The notes under the pieces: model-generated
Database searches by the model: none
What the model was told of the DNA's origin: nothing
What the model saw: only the letters and a program-made list of their open reading frames with translations
Shown here: piece after piece, positions 47,301 to 60,331 of the stretch
How positions within the stretch are numbered: the stretch's first letter is position 1
Layout of the letters: each line of letters opens with the position of its first letter
NCBI GenBank assembly: GCA_048013815.1
Contig: CM106585.1
Coordinates: forward strand, 4,340,001 to 4,404,000
DNA: 64,000 nucleotides
DNA from: Setoptus koraiensis
Taxonomy: Eukaryota > Animalia > Arthropoda
Direction: 5' to 3'
Position numbers and translations under genes: made by a program

Positions 47301-49549
47301 TCATCTTGCCACTTATCAAGTTGGTGTCTAATAATCACCATTATACCATAGAATGTATACACTGTGCACAATTGTCAGTAATAACAAATATGCCCGTCTG
47401 GCAGTGAAAATAATCATCACCATTATGATGGTTGAGTAATGAAATTAGCATTCCAAGATTATTCAATGACCATACATAATAGTAATTTACGACTAGTCTA
47501 AAGCTGGGTGTTAGATGTCAGCTGACATTGCTATCATAGTTGCGTAAAATTAAGATTACCATTATGACGGCAACAACAATTTGTGCAACAGGTTACGTTG
47601 TCATGATATGCGAGTGGCCAAGAACTTTGAAAGTTCATATCCATACATTGAACATTCTTTATAAGAACACCATCACTCTCAGATACAGTAGATACAGCAG
47701 ATACAGAGACAGGCTCGTCTCGCACCGTCTGCCTGTGGATAGATATTAATGCGAAAATTGTTGTCGACTCTACTACGCAATTAGGCTTTCACGATCCCCG
47801 ATTGAGACTATCGACAATGGTGAGTGATCACTGGTGTATGAACCTATCATTTCGTATCGTATACCTATTAATTAGCACGCTTATAGTGAGCGTGTTAATC
47901 TAACCTTATACACCGTGTACATTCGTCACAAGCAAAGTATTAATTTCTTAGTAATATGTTTCATCTCGTCCCAAAATGCACGTTGTTCGTCTCATGTCCC
48001 ATGCGTGTAGGTAAATCCATCTTTTACCGGATTGGCGGCATTCCAATTGATTAAATCGCCCGCTTTCTGAACTCAATTTGCACTCTAACAGTACGCCAGT
48101 AGTAGGCTTACAGTGAACTGGTAGCGCTAACTGTTGACCGGTTTAATTAGTCATCTATTAATTTGGTCGAGCCCTTGTGTATGCAAATAATTTGCAACGT
48201 TGCGAGTGTTCAAGATGGATGCGATGATATTTGTAAACAGATAATAACAACAATGATAATAGAAATATAAATAATTGATGATAGCGATGATAATAATAGC
48301 GTGCGTATGACAATATATAGGTGTGTACATATGAAATAAGACATACAAGACAATCAAGCGAGCACAGACGGGACAGACGATGACGTATCACGAGTCCAAA
48401 TAACCCCACTATGTTAGAAAAACCCGTTATGCATGCTGCCCGTGCATTGAATTAGCCCATTCTGTCCCAAGAAGCCGCTGTTAGATTTAGAGTTTTTTGC
48501 GTGCCCGCTAACCCGATTTGGGGTTCTTTTGGGTGCATGAAACGGCCATGTTGGGCCAGACGCAGCGCCGAACAAACGGCAACGTCAACGGCAACAACAA
48601 CGTTATTAGTTTAGGATAATTAGTATAATTAGAGAGATTGCAGATGATTGGAATTAAACTGAAAGAAAGAGAACTGGTCTCAACTAGATTTGCTTTCGTT
48701 AATAATATCAACTATAATGTATCTTAATTCAGGTTATACCGCTACCACAACTACTTTTACAACGACAGCGACAACAACAACAGCAACAACAACAACAACC
48801 ATCACTGCTATTGCCTTGGCATGCATTATACCTGATTTGCACTCTGTTCAGCAGAGTCCGTGTGTGTGTGTGTGTGTGTCTCACGATTTACGCACGCCAA
48901 GAGTGCAAACCAAGTGTGTTCTCTTGTTAACTCAACAATTGTCCAATGGGGTAACAGCGCAGGTGCTGCCGTGGGGGACAAAGTTTGAAAACTTTCAATT
49001 GCATATATCAATTGTAAACAAAGTAGCTACTAATGGGCACTCTGATTGTTGGCCGGACCCGAAAGTGACTTACATTACTTGTTAGCGCCATCTTCAGTTC
49101 GATTGTAATAATTACAGAATAGCGCTCAAAATTGTTCAATCGGTTAACTATATGCACTATAACAGACACACACACACACAACTGGATTACGATACGCAAT
49201 GCATTGATTGGGAGCAGGCAGTCGCACACAGTGAGTAAGTGAGCGAGTTGCACAGACAGACAAGTTTCTTGTCACTTTTACATAGTACAACAACCAGTAG
49301 TAATAGTCGTAGAAGTAGTTGTAGTAGCAGCAGCAGTGGTGGTGCTGGTGGTAGTAGTGGCGCATGCGCACTAAAATGAGCGTATAACTTTTTGAACGAG
49401 AGAGAGAGAGAGCGAGAGAAAGAGTGAAAAAATGAATACATTTTTCATTTATTTTCACTCGCTTTCTCGGTTGTCGTCTCAGTGTCTATATAATACACTA
49501 ACATTATCTTGTACACCTCTCATCTCTTGTTTGTTTCAGCCGGACTATC

Positions 49550-50722
49550 ATGTCGTCGCCTATGTGTACTTTCTTATTAAATACATCGCCACCAACAGCA
49601 GCACCAACAGCATCGATGTCACCAGCAACGATATTAGAAACAGTATTAGAAACAACAACAGTACCTGTAACGAAAACAATACAAGAACAATTGTCAGCCA
49701 GAATGGTACAGGAAGAGGACTCTTTCAGGGCAGCGCAATGCTCCTCAAATTCAGTATTTTCTGCCATGGATCGTTTCTTACAATCAGTTACTAACATGAA
49801 TGAGGCAGTATTAATTCCTTCTAAATTAAAAGATATGGATTCAGACGAATTGTTATTTAATACTTTTAACATCAGCACCAGCAACAGCAACAACAACACC
49901 ATCAATAATATAAACAACTATCATTCCCAACAACAATTATCTTCCTCGCCCTCCAATTGGTCATCTGGTGCTTTGCTCAAAAGTCATCTGAGGAACCACA
50001 AGACAACCACTAGGCTAATGCGACATGGTAACGGTGCAGCTTATACAATCAACAAACGCTTTAATTCAAATAGGCCCACAATGTGCATGTCAAATAGTAA
50101 TAGTAATAGTAGTAGTAGCTGTAGCAGCAGTAGTAGCAATAGTAGCAATAGTAGCAATGCAATCAGTAATAACTCAAGCAACACAGCAACTACAAGTTTA
50201 ACATCGTCCAACAATTTCACTTGCCCGCATGAATTATATCTGATGCTCAAAGACGTCAAGAAAGAACTCTTATGGGGTCCGTCGGTCTTAAATGGTGGCG
50301 GTTGCGACGAAGCCTCTGAATTGTTATTAACTAGAAAGCCACAACAACAACCATTATCAGCATCATTATCAGCATCATTGGCACACACAACATCTTCCAA
50401 TCACATTATCTCAAGAGTGAGCCCTACTACTAATTCTTCAACAAGTTCATCAATTGTAGCTGCATATAGTACTACCTCCTCGGCCGAGACCTCAGGCATA
50501 GGCATCTCTGATAGGGATACAGATTCAGACGCAGACTCCATTCTCAATTCTGATAGGGACTCATCAAGTAGCACCAGTGAAGAAGACACAACAACTATGC
50601 TGGCTTCTTCATTCAGACACCATCTCCTAGGCTTATTCACGATACTACATCAATTGGCCGATACGGCTGACAATCTAACAGATCGTTACCTTGAGGAAGT
50701 AGAGAGGGGTGGTCGGCGTTGA
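49550..50722 (+). CDS. MID1IP1: Spot14/MID1IP1 family protein, intronless CDS, 390 aa with long S/N-rich inserts
   Basis: SVFSAMDRFLQSVTNMNEAVLIPSKLKDM, LYLMLKDVKKELLWG, FRHHLLGLFTILHQLADTADNLTDRYLEE. A 5'UTR acceptor TTTGTTTCAG ends at 49539. Confidence 0.9.
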   Translation: MSSPMCTFLLNTSPPTAAPTASMSPATILETVLETTTVPVTKTIQEQLSARMVQEEDSFRAAQCSSNSVFSAMDRFLQSVTNMNEAVLIPSKLKDMDSDELLFNTFNISTSNSNNNTINNINNYHSQQQLSSSPSNWSSGALLKSHLRNHKTTTRLMRHGNGAAYTINKRFNSNRPTMCMSNSNSNSSSSCSSSSSNSSNSSNAISNNSSNTATTSLTSSNNFTCPHELYLMLKDVKKELLWGPSVLNGGGCDEASELLLTRKPQQQPLSASLSASLAHTTSSNHIISRVSPTTNSSTSSSIVAAYSTTSSAETSGIGISDRDTDSDADSILNSDRDSSSSTSEEDTTTMLASSFRHHLLGLFTILHQLADTADNLTDRYLEEVERGGRR

Positions 50723-53700
50723 TACACAATGTTGAATAAACAATGTTGTTATACTTATATACAAATCATTGATTTTAGATTTTATTCACACACAAACACA
50801 CACACACAAATTATAAAGACGAGATGAACTGGAAGTTAATAAAATAATTTGTCTGTACGTCTGGTCAATCAAAAAATCAACCTTACTGGTGGCCAAAAGG
50901 CCTTCACAAGGATAAAAAGATACGAACAAAAAAAAACGTAACGGTCTAAATGATTCCTACCGTGGCTTATGGCTTTCAAACAAATATATATATATACAAT
51001 TATATGTATATATATATACACCTAATTAAATATATTTCAGCGCTTTGATGAAAGAATCAAAACAAGCCTCCACTACATACATTCAATTGCGTATCACAGT
51101 GTACCCAGACAATTTCTAAATGATAGTTAGCTCATTATTAGTTCTCACTATTACCATCATTATAAGAAATCTCTTTCTTTCCTATGATATCAAGCGCATA
51201 AACAAGCCACCCAGAAAGTCGATTAACATTACCCAAAAGAAAAGAGATTTTCTTCATTTAATCAATACCAATGTTACCATTAACAATACTACCACCTATA
51301 CAAGATCGGCACACTAATGATACCACCTGTCCGTACTCGTGTTTCATTATACAAACAAGAGACGGTGTGTGTATAACAGCATCTTGTCTACATTCTCGAA
51401 TATTCAATATACGCAATATGTACTTTTAGATGGTGGCTGAAAGTACAAACGAGTAAGTCGCTCTGAAAGCTTGTAGTCTGTCTAAAGTCCACAGATGCTA
51501 CTACCTGCTGCCACCGCGACCGTCTAGTTTTGTTCTCATCTTTTTCTACCTGGAGTTGAACTCTGTTCAATAGCTGATCTTTTGTTTGTTTGCTGTTAAT
51601 CAGCGTTATTACAACAGCAGTAGTGGCACCAGCTACAGCAACAAGTGGATATATGGAAGTAGCGGGAGATGACGTCGACTTGTTAGTTGTCGTCTGTTCT
51701 TTGTCGCTACGACGTAGACGATGAATTCCCTTTCGTCTTCTTCTCCTACTCCTCCTCTAATTGATTACTAATCAATCCTTAGTTAACCTACTCCGATCAT
51801 CTGTGTTGTTGTTGTTGTTGTTGTTGACTTACGGAATAGTGAGTTGCCGATTTTTTAGAATATGAGTAATGGTTGGCTTGTGAGCCGTCGTCGTCATCGT
51901 CGTCGTCGTCGCCGTCGTCGTGGTTGTGTGTACAACAAACAGAAATAGATAGAGAGAATGATTAAAGTAGTATATCTGTTACAGCAACAGTAATAATAAC
52001 AATAACGGTGCTCTGACAGCGCAAGCTAAAGATTAAACTGAAGTCAAAAAAGCAAAGCGCGCCAACAAGTGTCAGGGCCAGGGCCGATAAGTCGACCATA
52101 AACAAAATTCGTTGAGCTAAACTAACAAATAGTGCCAATCAGTATTCAAGAATCAGCATCTAGACAGTCAGACACACCAGACGAAAGAAGAAAATCAAGC
52201 CTGACGCCTAGAAAGAACGAAAAAGAGTACGTTGCGAGAAGAAGGAGAAATTTCCTAATAGTTTGAAAATGAATTCAATCCATCCCAATCTTCGTTTCAA
52301 TTTAGTTTGTCATGTTGTTTGTTATCAACAACTAAATTATCTGGCTAGCCAGAGAGCATGATACGAGTTTAAATCAGCACACTTATTCATACACACGAGT
52401 AGGGATAGTTGTACACTACACTGTTATCTTATCCACTGTCGTCGTTGTATTTGCTTGTTGTTACGCTTGGTCGTTGCTGTTGTTGTTGTTGCGGGTACAT
52501 AAAGAAGAGAAATCTCCCAACAACAGCATAGCATGGCCATAGCAGAAATTCTAAGAATAAGAATAATAGTCGTAATAGCACTACTGACAAACCTACTCTG
52601 TCTCTCACTCTCCCTGATCGTAAGGGTTCAGCGGTGATAATTAAATTTGTGATTGCGGTTTATTCATTACAGTCAGTATACGAGTTTATTGTTGCCGTTG
52701 TTTGAGTTTCAGCCACCCAAAAGTCACACATCAACTGATTAGTCGGATATCCTGCCATTAGAAAGTACGAATTAATGAGAAAAGAAAGGTCTAGATCGGT
52801 TGTGTCGCCAGCGACGTCGTCGTTACTGTTGTTGTTTTTGTTGTTTAGTCATAGTAACACCAGAATGAGAAATGAGTGCGTTCAATATTTTTTTTACTTA
52901 CTTATTAGATAGTAAAATGGTAGTTGTTTCCACCCAGCGAATGCTTACAAATAATAGGATCAGCAAAGTTAGCCAGCGCCACCGTCGGATTTAACCTTAG
53001 TTGAGCCAAACATCGACACACAAGCTGGCCGAGATGTAGAGGATTAAAATAAAGGGGTGGAAAAGGTATAATATGCAATACCAATTCAACGAAAAAGAGA
53101 GTGAGTTCTTCTCATTCGTAATAAGCAACCAGATGGATATCTGTCTAGTATTTAGCCATTCAACTGGCAAGATGGGTGATGTTAATGCGATAATAGAGTA
53201 ATACACAAACTCTATCAGGCAGCTACAATATCTTGAGCTATTGGGCCATCGAGCCGTCGAACCGTTTAGTCAGTGAAAGTGAAAGTGGGTGATCAGCGAA
53301 TCAGATTGTTCCAACTAATTGATAGCCGACTAACTAACTACTTGTTAATCAACAAGACTCAACTACTCAACAATAACAAATGCAACCTATTCTTGTTTAT
53401 TCTTGTCAGTAAACAGTATAGCTAATGCACTCATTTGTAAGCATGTGATCTGTCTATGTTGAAGACGCTATCTTTGTCCATCGATATTGATTGACCAATC
53501 TCCAAGGCAAAATTAAACGCTTGAATTGTTGCAATAAATTGATCATTTTTTCTTCAACTTGACCAGGTTCCTAAACGAGTCAAAGTTGTAATTTTGTAAA
53601 CCTCGTGATACAAGAAGAGATTAGATGATTATTTTTGTACAAGTTAGCAAAAGATGAAACTTTTGAATTGCCATGAACTTGTTCAATATAACATGAGCTA

Positions 53701-54254
53701 TTATGTAATGTAAATACTTGAACCAGCATTAGGAGAAGCCAACCTGGCTTGTCCTTGTGAGCGCGCACTTGAAACTAACTATTAGATAATGTTATCAGGT
53801 TCAAAATCGCCAAGGCCGAAATGGTTTGTGTCAATTTATTTTCATCACAAATATTTCAGTGCAACACAAGTATAGTCATTAGAATGAGAACCTATAAATA
53901 ATCATGCATCTGATTCTTAATAAAACAAAAAACATTCTCCATTGCCAGCATTCCGTCTGCAGGCAGTCTCCACAAAACCGGATAGTACTATGAATAAGAT
54001 CAATATACTTCATGTGACAGAATACTTGAGGTTATGATATTTATTTATTTAATTGTATATACGTGACTGGACTAAAGTCATCACCATTACCGAAACCAAT
54101 CATAATATTCCTCTTCTAATTGCGTGCGCAATGTTTGATACATATACTCCAATCGTGAATTCTTCAAAAAGTGTGGCGTGCCTTTTTGTAGCGAAGTATC
54201 CTGACGGAACGATCATATTGACCATACTGGAACACCGTCACTGGACTATATTGA

Positions 54255-54770
54255 TCAGTGGTGGTTTTTCTTGATTTTTTTTAGTGTTTCTTCCATCCGT
54301 TGGCGAGCTCTTTGATTTTGTGGATTCAATCTTAGCGCAGCCATGCAATCCTGAACGGCCTCCTGATTGTTGCCCAGCATGACATGACAAGCGGCTCTAT
54401 TGGTCAGTAGGGTTGATTTTAATTCAATTGGATCAATCCCTTTAAGTTTCTTCTCCTCGTATACAATAGTTTCATCTAGATAGCCGAGTCCTTTTGCGTA
54501 AGCCGCAATAGCGTCGTGGAATTGTTTCTCTTTGTATTTAAAATTGCCATCTAGTTTATATTGATGCGCTAGTTCGACAGGGGTGTTCACCGTCTCATCG
54601 TATTTTAGCTGGCGCATGGCCTCGACGAGGGGTGGCATTTTGTCTGGATCTTCGGGATTTTTGGTCATGAATAGTGGATGCTCCTCCATTTGTTCTCTCC
54701 ATCTTTTCTCATCCCAACGATCGTAGTAGCGGTTCTTGGTGAAAAAATCAATAATTTCCTCCTCGTTCAT
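54255..54770 (-). CDS. TTC4: TTC4/Cns1-like TPR co-chaperone, short (171 aa from ATG 54770)
   Basis: EHPLFMTKNP N-terminal motif; TPR1 AHQYKLDGNFKYKEKQFHDAIAAYAKGL; TPR2 LLTNRAACHVMLGNNQEAVQDCMAALRLNP. The longer ORF-track start at 54932 is probably not used. Confidence 0.8.
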   Translation of the reverse strand: MNEEEIIDFFTKNRYYDRWDEKRWREQMEEHPLFMTKNPEDPDKMPPLVEAMRQLKYDETVNTPVELAHQYKLDGNFKYKEKQFHDAIAAYAKGLGYLDETIVYEEKKLKGIDPIELKSTLLTNRAACHVMLGNNQEAVQDCMAALRLNPQNQRARQRMEETLKKIKKNHH

Positions 54771-55156
54771 GGTGTAAAAATTCGCGTGGCACCGACTAAA
54801 TTGAGATGGATATTTGAATTGCAACAGTCTGACAATAGTCGAGGCAGCTGTAGTGCGAATTTTTGGTATTATGGATGGACAACGTGGTTTGTTCGCTCGC
54901 AACGGTGGCGCCATCTTCACTGGGCCATACAAAATGGCATCGGCTACGAATTGCTTTAAAGAGACCCACAGGTTACTATATTCGTAAGAGAGAAAAGTTT
55001 CACATCGTTCATCGTAACCTCTTCAACCCAACTCACCGACGTTCTCGGTCTCGATACAATGGTTATATTATTAAATCATTTTTTATTAGAAAATTGTTTG
55101 GAAATATTTTTAGTGCACGATTATATTAATAGAAGTAATAATAATAATAGCTATTT

Positions 55157-56401
55157 CTATGTCGCATGCCTATCATGGAAATTTTTCGCCATTTCTCTAT
55201 TATGACGTCTGGTCTCTCGAATTTTTTCTCTATTGAACTCCATGCCCTTATGTTTGGTGGTATAATGTCTCATAAGATGGTCATCCCGAGAGAATTCTCT
55301 ATCACAAAATTCACACCTGTAACCCCATCTGTCGGGTAGGTGGCGAGTTAATACGTGACGATATAAACATTTAACATCGGACAACTTAATATCGCACAGG
55401 TGACACCGAATTTCTTTATCAGCATCTACTCCTCCTAGAGCGCTGGCTGCCGCTGCTGCCACCAATTTCATGGCTTGATTTTTGGCGCCATTTGTTGCGC
55501 CATCAAATTGGCTATTAATTGTAGTGTCATGTTGGGGCAGCATCATCATGTCATCATCTAAATGGAGATCAGAACTTTCGTCCATTAGGGCGTCTCGATC
55601 ATCGTCCAGATCGTCGTCGTCTAGATCGTCGTCAATATCATCGTCACCATAATCGTCCAAGTGATTTGTGTAATTGGAACCGAGAAATTCCTGTAGATTG
55701 TTGATGTTGAGGTATTTGACGTTGATGTTGTTGTCAGCAGCAATGTTGTTGCTGTTGTTGTTGCTGTTGGGTGCGTCATCACCATTGCTTGGGATAATTG
55801 TGTTGCTGTTGGTGCCATTTTGTTTGTTTTTGTAGTTGTATTTGCGAGTTTGTTTAATGTGATTATTGTTGTAGCTGTTGCTATTTTTCAAATTGTTATA
55901 GTTGTTGTTGTTATAGTTGTTGTTGTTGTTGTTGTTGGTCGCTGGTGATTTGTTGTTTATTGTGGGTTGCAGTGATGCAGCAGTAGTTGAAGTAGTAGAA
56001 GTGGTAAGACTTGGTGAAGGCTCGTTGAAGAAATCATTTAAACTGTTGATATTTAAAACCGCTGCCGTTTTGAGCAGACTATGCGAGGGTGCGTTCATAG
56101 TTAACAATTCTCCCGTATACATATAATTTACAAGTATTCTAATATCTCTAATGTTGAGTTCTGGTAATATGATTATTGGATGTGCAACTGGATGATTTTG
56201 GAGTATTTTGTTGATGTAGCTACTGCAAGCCGATAGTACAACCTTGTGCGCCGATATTTGTCCGCCGTCGCATGCGAGCGTTACATCAACGAGTGACTGT
56301 GTGTCTAGGAGCCTCTTAAAGTCCTTGCTGCTCATGGTGCCCAAATTGAGAGGCGCCTGGCCCGAGGTGGAGGGCATGGGCGATCTGCTGGCCATGCTCA
56401 T
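55157..56401 (-). CDS. Tramtrack-type BTB/POZ protein with two C2H2 zinc fingers, intronless, 414 aa
   Basis: VDVTLACDGGQISAHKVVLSACSSY...HPIIIL...LVNYMYTGE; fingers CHLC...HVLTRH and CEFCDREFSRDDHLMRHYTTKH. Confidence 0.93.
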   Translation of the reverse strand: MSMASRSPMPSTSGQAPLNLGTMSSKDFKRLLDTQSLVDVTLACDGGQISAHKVVLSACSSYINKILQNHPVAHPIIILPELNIRDIRILVNYMYTGELLTMNAPSHSLLKTAAVLNINSLNDFFNEPSPSLTTSTTSTTAASLQPTINNKSPATNNNNNNNYNNNNYNNLKNSNSYNNNHIKQTRKYNYKNKQNGTNSNTIIPSNGDDAPNSNNNSNNIAADNNINVKYLNINNLQEFLGSNYTNHLDDYGDDDIDDDLDDDDLDDDRDALMDESSDLHLDDDMMMLPQHDTTINSQFDGATNGAKNQAMKLVAAAAASALGGVDADKEIRCHLCDIKLSDVKCLYRHVLTRHLPDRWGYRCEFCDREFSRDDHLMRHYTTKHKGMEFNREKIRETRRHNREMAKNFHDRHAT

Positions 56402-56479
56402 AATTAATAGCGATAATATGTATGTTGTATTTCAATTATTCACAGGTGTATCAGGCCCAATCCTTACGGTCCAGGGTGA

Positions 56480-59050
56480 GTTGTGATATAATAGTAATGA
56501 TAAAGTAATAATAGTAATAATAATAACAATCACAATAATAGTAATAATAATAATAATTGTGATGATAGATATTGTATTGATACTGTGTCAGCAAGTGAAC
56601 AGGCAACAGACTAACAACGTACACACACACACACACGCACACACACACTCACACACAGCAAGCAACAAGCAACAAGATCGGGAGGAGCTGTGTGAGCTGA
56701 GCTCTCTCTCTCTCTCTCCCTCTCTAGCTAAGGCCTATGTGTGTGCGCGTTTCTGCCCCCTCTCTAGCTGCCTGTCTGTCCACTCGTCTGCCTGCCAACT
56801 GTGTGTGTGTTTGTGTGTGTGTTTGTGTGTGAGCAATCCACAACAGCAACAGCAGCAGCAACAGCAGCAGCAAACGTTCCACAGAATGCTAGCTAGTGTG
56901 TGTGTGCGTGTGTGTGTGTGTGTGTGTGTGCATGTGCATGTTAGTGTCCTTGCGTGGGCCAGCCCAAAGTAAAAGTCAAAAGCACTTGCTGCAAATGTTG
57001 GGAACGACCCCAATTATACACATTTGTGAGTGTGTGTGTGTGTGTGTGTTACCCCACGACACAACTGCTGCCATATCAGTGGTACCACCGGTACAAGTTT
57101 TGTGTGTGTGTGTGTGTGTGTACACAAGTGCAACCACTATTATTTGTGTGTGTGTGTGTGTGTGTAAGCGACCTCCACCATTCTTTGCAACCATCAAACT
57201 GTATATAGCCTAGCCTGTGTACGACTAGGTGGCATTCAACATTCAACAAGCTATGCAACAAGCTAGCCGGAGCTTATACGACGCACACAAGCTCGACGAA
57301 ACAGCCACCGAGCGGCCGAGCGGCCAGGCAGCGCAAGATACAAGTTGTATGGCATGAATATATGTGCGGATGAAGTTCATTTTAAACTTGGTGTGTATTG
57401 TGTTTGTGTGCAAATACGATCTTATCTCATTATTGATGATGATGGTCTCTCTCCCTCGGCCTGCCAGGCCCGAAGAGCGAGAGACCCAGCCAAAAGAGAG
57501 GCACAAAAGCACATGCTCATGCCTGCTGCCGCTGCACAAGTGTGTATAAGAGCAACAAGTGGTAGTCACAGTCGGTCGCTCCCCACATCCTCATTCGTTT
57601 GAACCTCGTCGTTGTATCGTCGTTCCCCTCACTGCCAGCCAGCCAGCGGTGTGTGTGTGTGTGCGCTTGTGCGCTCATGATTGTGTTGACGACTGGTGCG
57701 CTGGCGCTGTTGTTGTCGTCGTTTGGGCTAAAACGCTGTTGGCCGCTTTTCTCAAACTTGCTTTGCGCTCACAAACGACTAACGAAACATAGCATACGAA
57801 CAGAGAGAGAGAGAGGCTGAGAACTTGTTCCCAACTTACACCAACCGACTGTGTGTGTGTAGTGTCTGGAACGTATAGCAGCATGAGGCCGACTAGGAAC
57901 TAGACCCACTAATTCAGTTTTTGCCACAACTGGTCGACAACGACAACGACCAACAGGCGAACAAGCGAGCCAAACGGAACAGAATAGCGCGCATATTAAG
58001 GCTCGGGCTGGCAGAGCCCGCCGAGTGTCGGAGCGGCTTTTAGGGCCTGTGTGAGTGTGTGTGTGTGTGTGTGCGGAGTTCCCCGCAGTCGCTGGAGCGT
58101 CGCCCCTCCCAAGCCCAACAAGAACAGAGATTTAACGTTGCCAAAAGGGCACTCACACACACACAAACTCTGTTAGAGGGAATCATTATTTGCCAGCACC
58201 ACCATTGGAACGAGGCAACAAGTGCGCCCTATGCGAGAGCGCACGCAACAACTGCTGTTGCCTCTATTGCCCCTGCGCACAGACGTATTGCAACAACGAC
58301 AGCGACAGCAGCGGCAACAGCAACAACAACAACAATAACAACTACGGCAACAACACTTGAGTGTTAGACAAATCAAATGGTAGCGATGGTAGTGATATTA
58401 CCAGCGGGCAATAGTAGTTGCTGTTTCTACATTTATAACATTCGTACCATTTATAACAGACAGTGAGGCACAAACGCACACTACAACTCATATCATCACA
58501 CAAGAGGGAGAGACGCCAAACAAGATGGAGGGGGCGCGCCTCGCTTTTCTCCTCTTTGTGTGATCGCTCTCTCGGCGGCTCTGCTCCCTGCCTTTGGATT
58601 GTTGTTAGTCGTCGTCGTCGACGATTTATTTAGTTTGGTTGACTCATGCCAACACACACACCACTAGTCGTTGCAGTGCACACTAGCTAGGGCAGACACA
58701 CCAACAGCGACAGAGAGAGGCAAACGCCAGTGCTGCTCTCCCAATCTTCCCAAATCGGGGCTCGTCGACGTCATTATGGTTGGACCTGATTATGGTGGTG
58801 GTGGCAAGTATATGTGCGCTCTCTGATCTGTCTGTCTCTCTGAATCGCTCTACTCGCTCGCCCGCCTGTGTTTGTGTTTATGCCATATTGACTGATTGCT
58901 ATATATACGTTGTGCTCTGTCTGACTCTCTCTCTCTCTCGCAAATACCATTACAGGTCCTAATAACTTGCAAAGAGCAAGGCCGACGACTGAAATTGTGT
59001 GCACTTGTTAACTAATTTGAAGCCATAAGCCCAAGTAATAAACACACACA
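56480..59050. repeat. (CA/TG)n, (CT)n, (CAG/CAA)n and (AAT)n microsatellite-rich region upstream of the BTB-ZF gene
   Basis: Read directly; accounts for the many CVCVCV/HTHT ORFs. Confidence 0.85.
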
Positions 59051-60331
59051 CACTTATTTGCGACAATCAAAAGTAAGTGTGAGATACGGTCTACTTGTTT
59101 GTGTAGGGCGTCTACCGCCGCCCCCTTTCCGGATGGCAGGTTCCCCAAATGCACGCTGCACTTGCGGGGCCCACAATTTCATTTTGCGTTTGGGGCGCCA
59201 ATTTCAAATGCCCCACAGAAAAAGTCTCTACATTGGTTTACATTGGCAGTAAATAAACACTGTCTGGCCAATCATCAGAGAGACATCAGGTCAGACAAAA
59301 GTCGCTGCCGATGCTATCGTCTGACCGGATAACCGGACTCACAGTCAAGATCATGAACTCTTGGGGAATTCCAAGTTGTCTCTGCTACAGGTGCCTTGAC
59401 ATGTGTGAGAACAGGTATTCAGTTAGTCCGCAAATGAGACTGATGGTCAACATTGAGCAGTAGTCTTGATTTAGATATCTTCCTGTTGTGCGCCAATTCT
59501 TTATGGCAACCAGCCACTCTATCCAATAGTTCTACTATCAGCAGGAAAAATATCTAAATCCTCCTGAACTTTTGAACAATCCATATCCTTTCGACATTCA
59601 TCCCTACCACCCAACAATCACCTTGGTGTATCCTACTGTATTCGCAATTTTAGTCGAGAGACGATGGGGCTAACAAATCTGAATTGTACTTCAGGTCGCA
59701 CATTGAAGGCGCTCACTCTGGACTATGTATCAACATGTAGTGAATGGGATGTGTGAGTAGCGTGAAAGTCATCGATCAAACGAATGAATACTACCTTTTT
59801 ACTCTATTCAATGGTTGGTGACTGTCAGTAATAAACCGCTCCACGACATTACTGTTTGTCTACTATCACGGAGAATAATGGTGCATTTGTCATTCTGACA
59901 CAGTAAATACAACGTAGGATCTGTCACATTGGTGGCTGCAGGTATGCCACACACCATCAGTCCACTATAAACAAAAGTCGAATCTAACATTCCAACGCTT
60001 ATTATTGTGGCCGAAAATCTATAGAGCTCACGTTGTTGTTCTTACACGTTAGCAAATAGAGTTAACAAATCATCACTCTTCCTTTGAACAATCTATCTCT
60101 ATAACTAATGGGGAATTAAACAATTTTACACTAGTTAAGTTCGCCAGAGGTTCTGTTCACGACAACTTGGACAGAAAGGCACTCATTCATCAGTATTGAG
60201 GTGTTGGTAATCACGGTTTTCAAGGGTAACTTGTTAGAAAGTAAGCTTTATTATTATCTAACTGCACCCGACAGAGCCTAAGAAGACTTTACCTTAATTT
60301 AATAAATTCATCAAACGTTTTTTTGGTTCTC

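Noticed and set aside
53400-54250. Possible continuation of TTC4 through a frameshift or intron
   Set aside because: The translated frames do not resemble TPR3 or the wheel domain.
56451-58376. Many CVCV/HTHT/polyQ ORFs
   Set aside because: Translations of microsatellites.
59685-59700. ATTGTACTTCA matching the 5' end of miR-305
   Set aside because: Only an 11-nt match, and no hairpin partner seen.
59300-60000. Stop-riddled minus-strand frames with DCSKVQEDLD (LINE RT-like) and a weak transposase-like or zinc-finger-like stretch
   Set aside because: Only short motif echoes, no YADD or DDE core, and no complete CxxC...HxxxH; too weak to call a mobile element or an alternative finger exon.
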